DNA of 34,046 bases, taken from NCBI GenBank assembly GCA_964582635.1, contig CAZOSO010000004.1, positions 1 to 34,046 of the forward strand, in the 5' to 3' direction. Under the pieces are notes generated by a model. The model was given only the letters and a program-made list of their open reading frames with translations, had not been told where the DNA came from and made no database searches. The translations under genes were made by a program, and so were the position numbers. Shown here piece by piece: positions 33,606 through 34,046 of the stretch. How positions within the stretch are numbered: the first letter of the stretch is position 1; every line of letters begins with the position of its first letter. Origin of the DNA: an uncultured Weeksellaceae bacterium (GTDB lineage Bacteria > Bacteroidota > Bacteroidia > Flavobacteriales_D > CAYVSK01).

Positions 33606-34046
33606 TCATCTGATCTTCGGTTTTCGGAACCATTGATCCGCCCTGTGGGGAGAAAGGGAAACACCTATATAAAACTTCCAGGCGCGCTCTTTGAGCATCG
33701 ATCCATTCCCCTTAGGCCCTCTCTTGGACCATTCCGCACCCAGATCGATGGTGGAAAAGGATGAAGAACGGACGAGCGGAAGCCCTAAACCAAAACTTAT
33801 GCCAAGATCACGGACCTCGCGGCCCTTATACTGGTAATATTCCCTTATGGACCTGAAGCCCAATCGGTAATCCCAATAACCCAAATAAGAGGAGCTTCGC
33901 CGATACTCGGTAAGGGGCGTGAATTCGAAACCCGCTCGTAGCACACGTCGGTCGACCGCCTTATCACTTTGGAAAAGGAGCGCGGAAGCTTCCTCATTAA
34001 TGCTTCCCCATTTGCGTGTGCGGAATTCGAAGCTTCCCCTGAGCCT
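33606..34046 (-). CDS. C-terminal part of a probable outer-membrane beta-barrel protein (N-terminus outside the window)
   Basis: I translated the minus-strand frame and it stays open to base 34046 (RLRGSFEFRTRKWGSINEEASALLFQSDKAVDRRV-LRAGFEF...). The pattern of alternating hydrophobic/aromatic beta strands (YRLGFRS, LGISFGLGLPL, IDLGAEWS, WKFYIGVSL) is typical of OM barrels. No named family was recognised. Confidence 0.5.
   Translation of the reverse strand, partial: RLRGSFEFRTRKWGSINEEASALLFQSDKAVDRRVLRAGFEFTPLTEYRRSSSYLGYWDYRLGFRSIREYYQYKGREVRDLGISFGLGLPLVRSSSFSTIDLGAEWSKRGPKGNGSMLKERAWKFYIGVSLSPHRADQWFRKPKIR

Noticed and set aside
1-34046. I looked for mobile elements, CRISPR arrays, toxin-antitoxin pairs, restriction-modification or other defence genes, prophage remnants and rRNA.
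   Set aside because: No transposase, integrase or recombinase motifs are present, and there are no direct-repeat/spacer arrays. I found no inverted terminal repeats flanking any gene block. There are no small paired ORFs of toxin-antitoxin type, and no non-coding gap longer than ~145 bp. The PIN domain present is fused to PhoH, which is a housekeeping-type architecture rather than a VapBC-type toxin.

Overview
This window is an almost gap-free, housekeeping stretch of a Bacteroidota-type chromosome. The evidence for that lineage is a T9SS C-terminal sorting domain, a lipoprotein-type LptC, TAnnTTTG-like -7 boxes, and the gene order purH-mreBCD-mrdA-rodA. I support 32 protein-coding genes (the first and last are cut by the window edges) and one tRNA-Cys(GCA). 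I also support two identical perfect parS centromere sites and one in-frame hexapeptide tandem repeat. Gene order is: T9SS-tail propeller protein (partial), recO, two small secreted proteins (-), M50/CBS protease, tRNA-Cys (-), folB (-), gltX (-), RlmI-like methyltransferase, a 1165-aa DUF4175-like K/E-rich membrane protein, RsbW-like ATPase, ybeY, parS, mnmG, Zn-ribbon SAM methyltransferase, DAO-family flavoprotein, MoeB/ThiF-rhodanese, MscS channel (-), MFS transporter (-), parS, recX, MacB/FtsX-type permease (-), purH, mreB, mreC, mreD, mrdA, rodA, PIN-PhoH ATPase, PpiD-like chaperone (-), small membrane protein (-), lptC (-), TPR protein (-), and a partial outer-membrane beta-barrel protein (-). 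I see no rRNA, CRISPR array, transposase, integrase, prophage or recognisable defence genes, and no non-coding gap large enough to hide a structured RNA other than the tRNA. I cannot point to a clear-cut novel system. The most interesting items are: (i) the two perfect parS sites, which mark an origin-proximal partition zone; (ii) the mnmG-linked methyltransferase/flavoprotein/E1-rhodanese cluster; (iii) the DUF4175-like giant charged protein translationally coupled to an orphan RsbW-like kinase; and (iv) a strong over-representation of GATC in coding sequence. All functional calls rest on motif recognition by eye. No database search was run.
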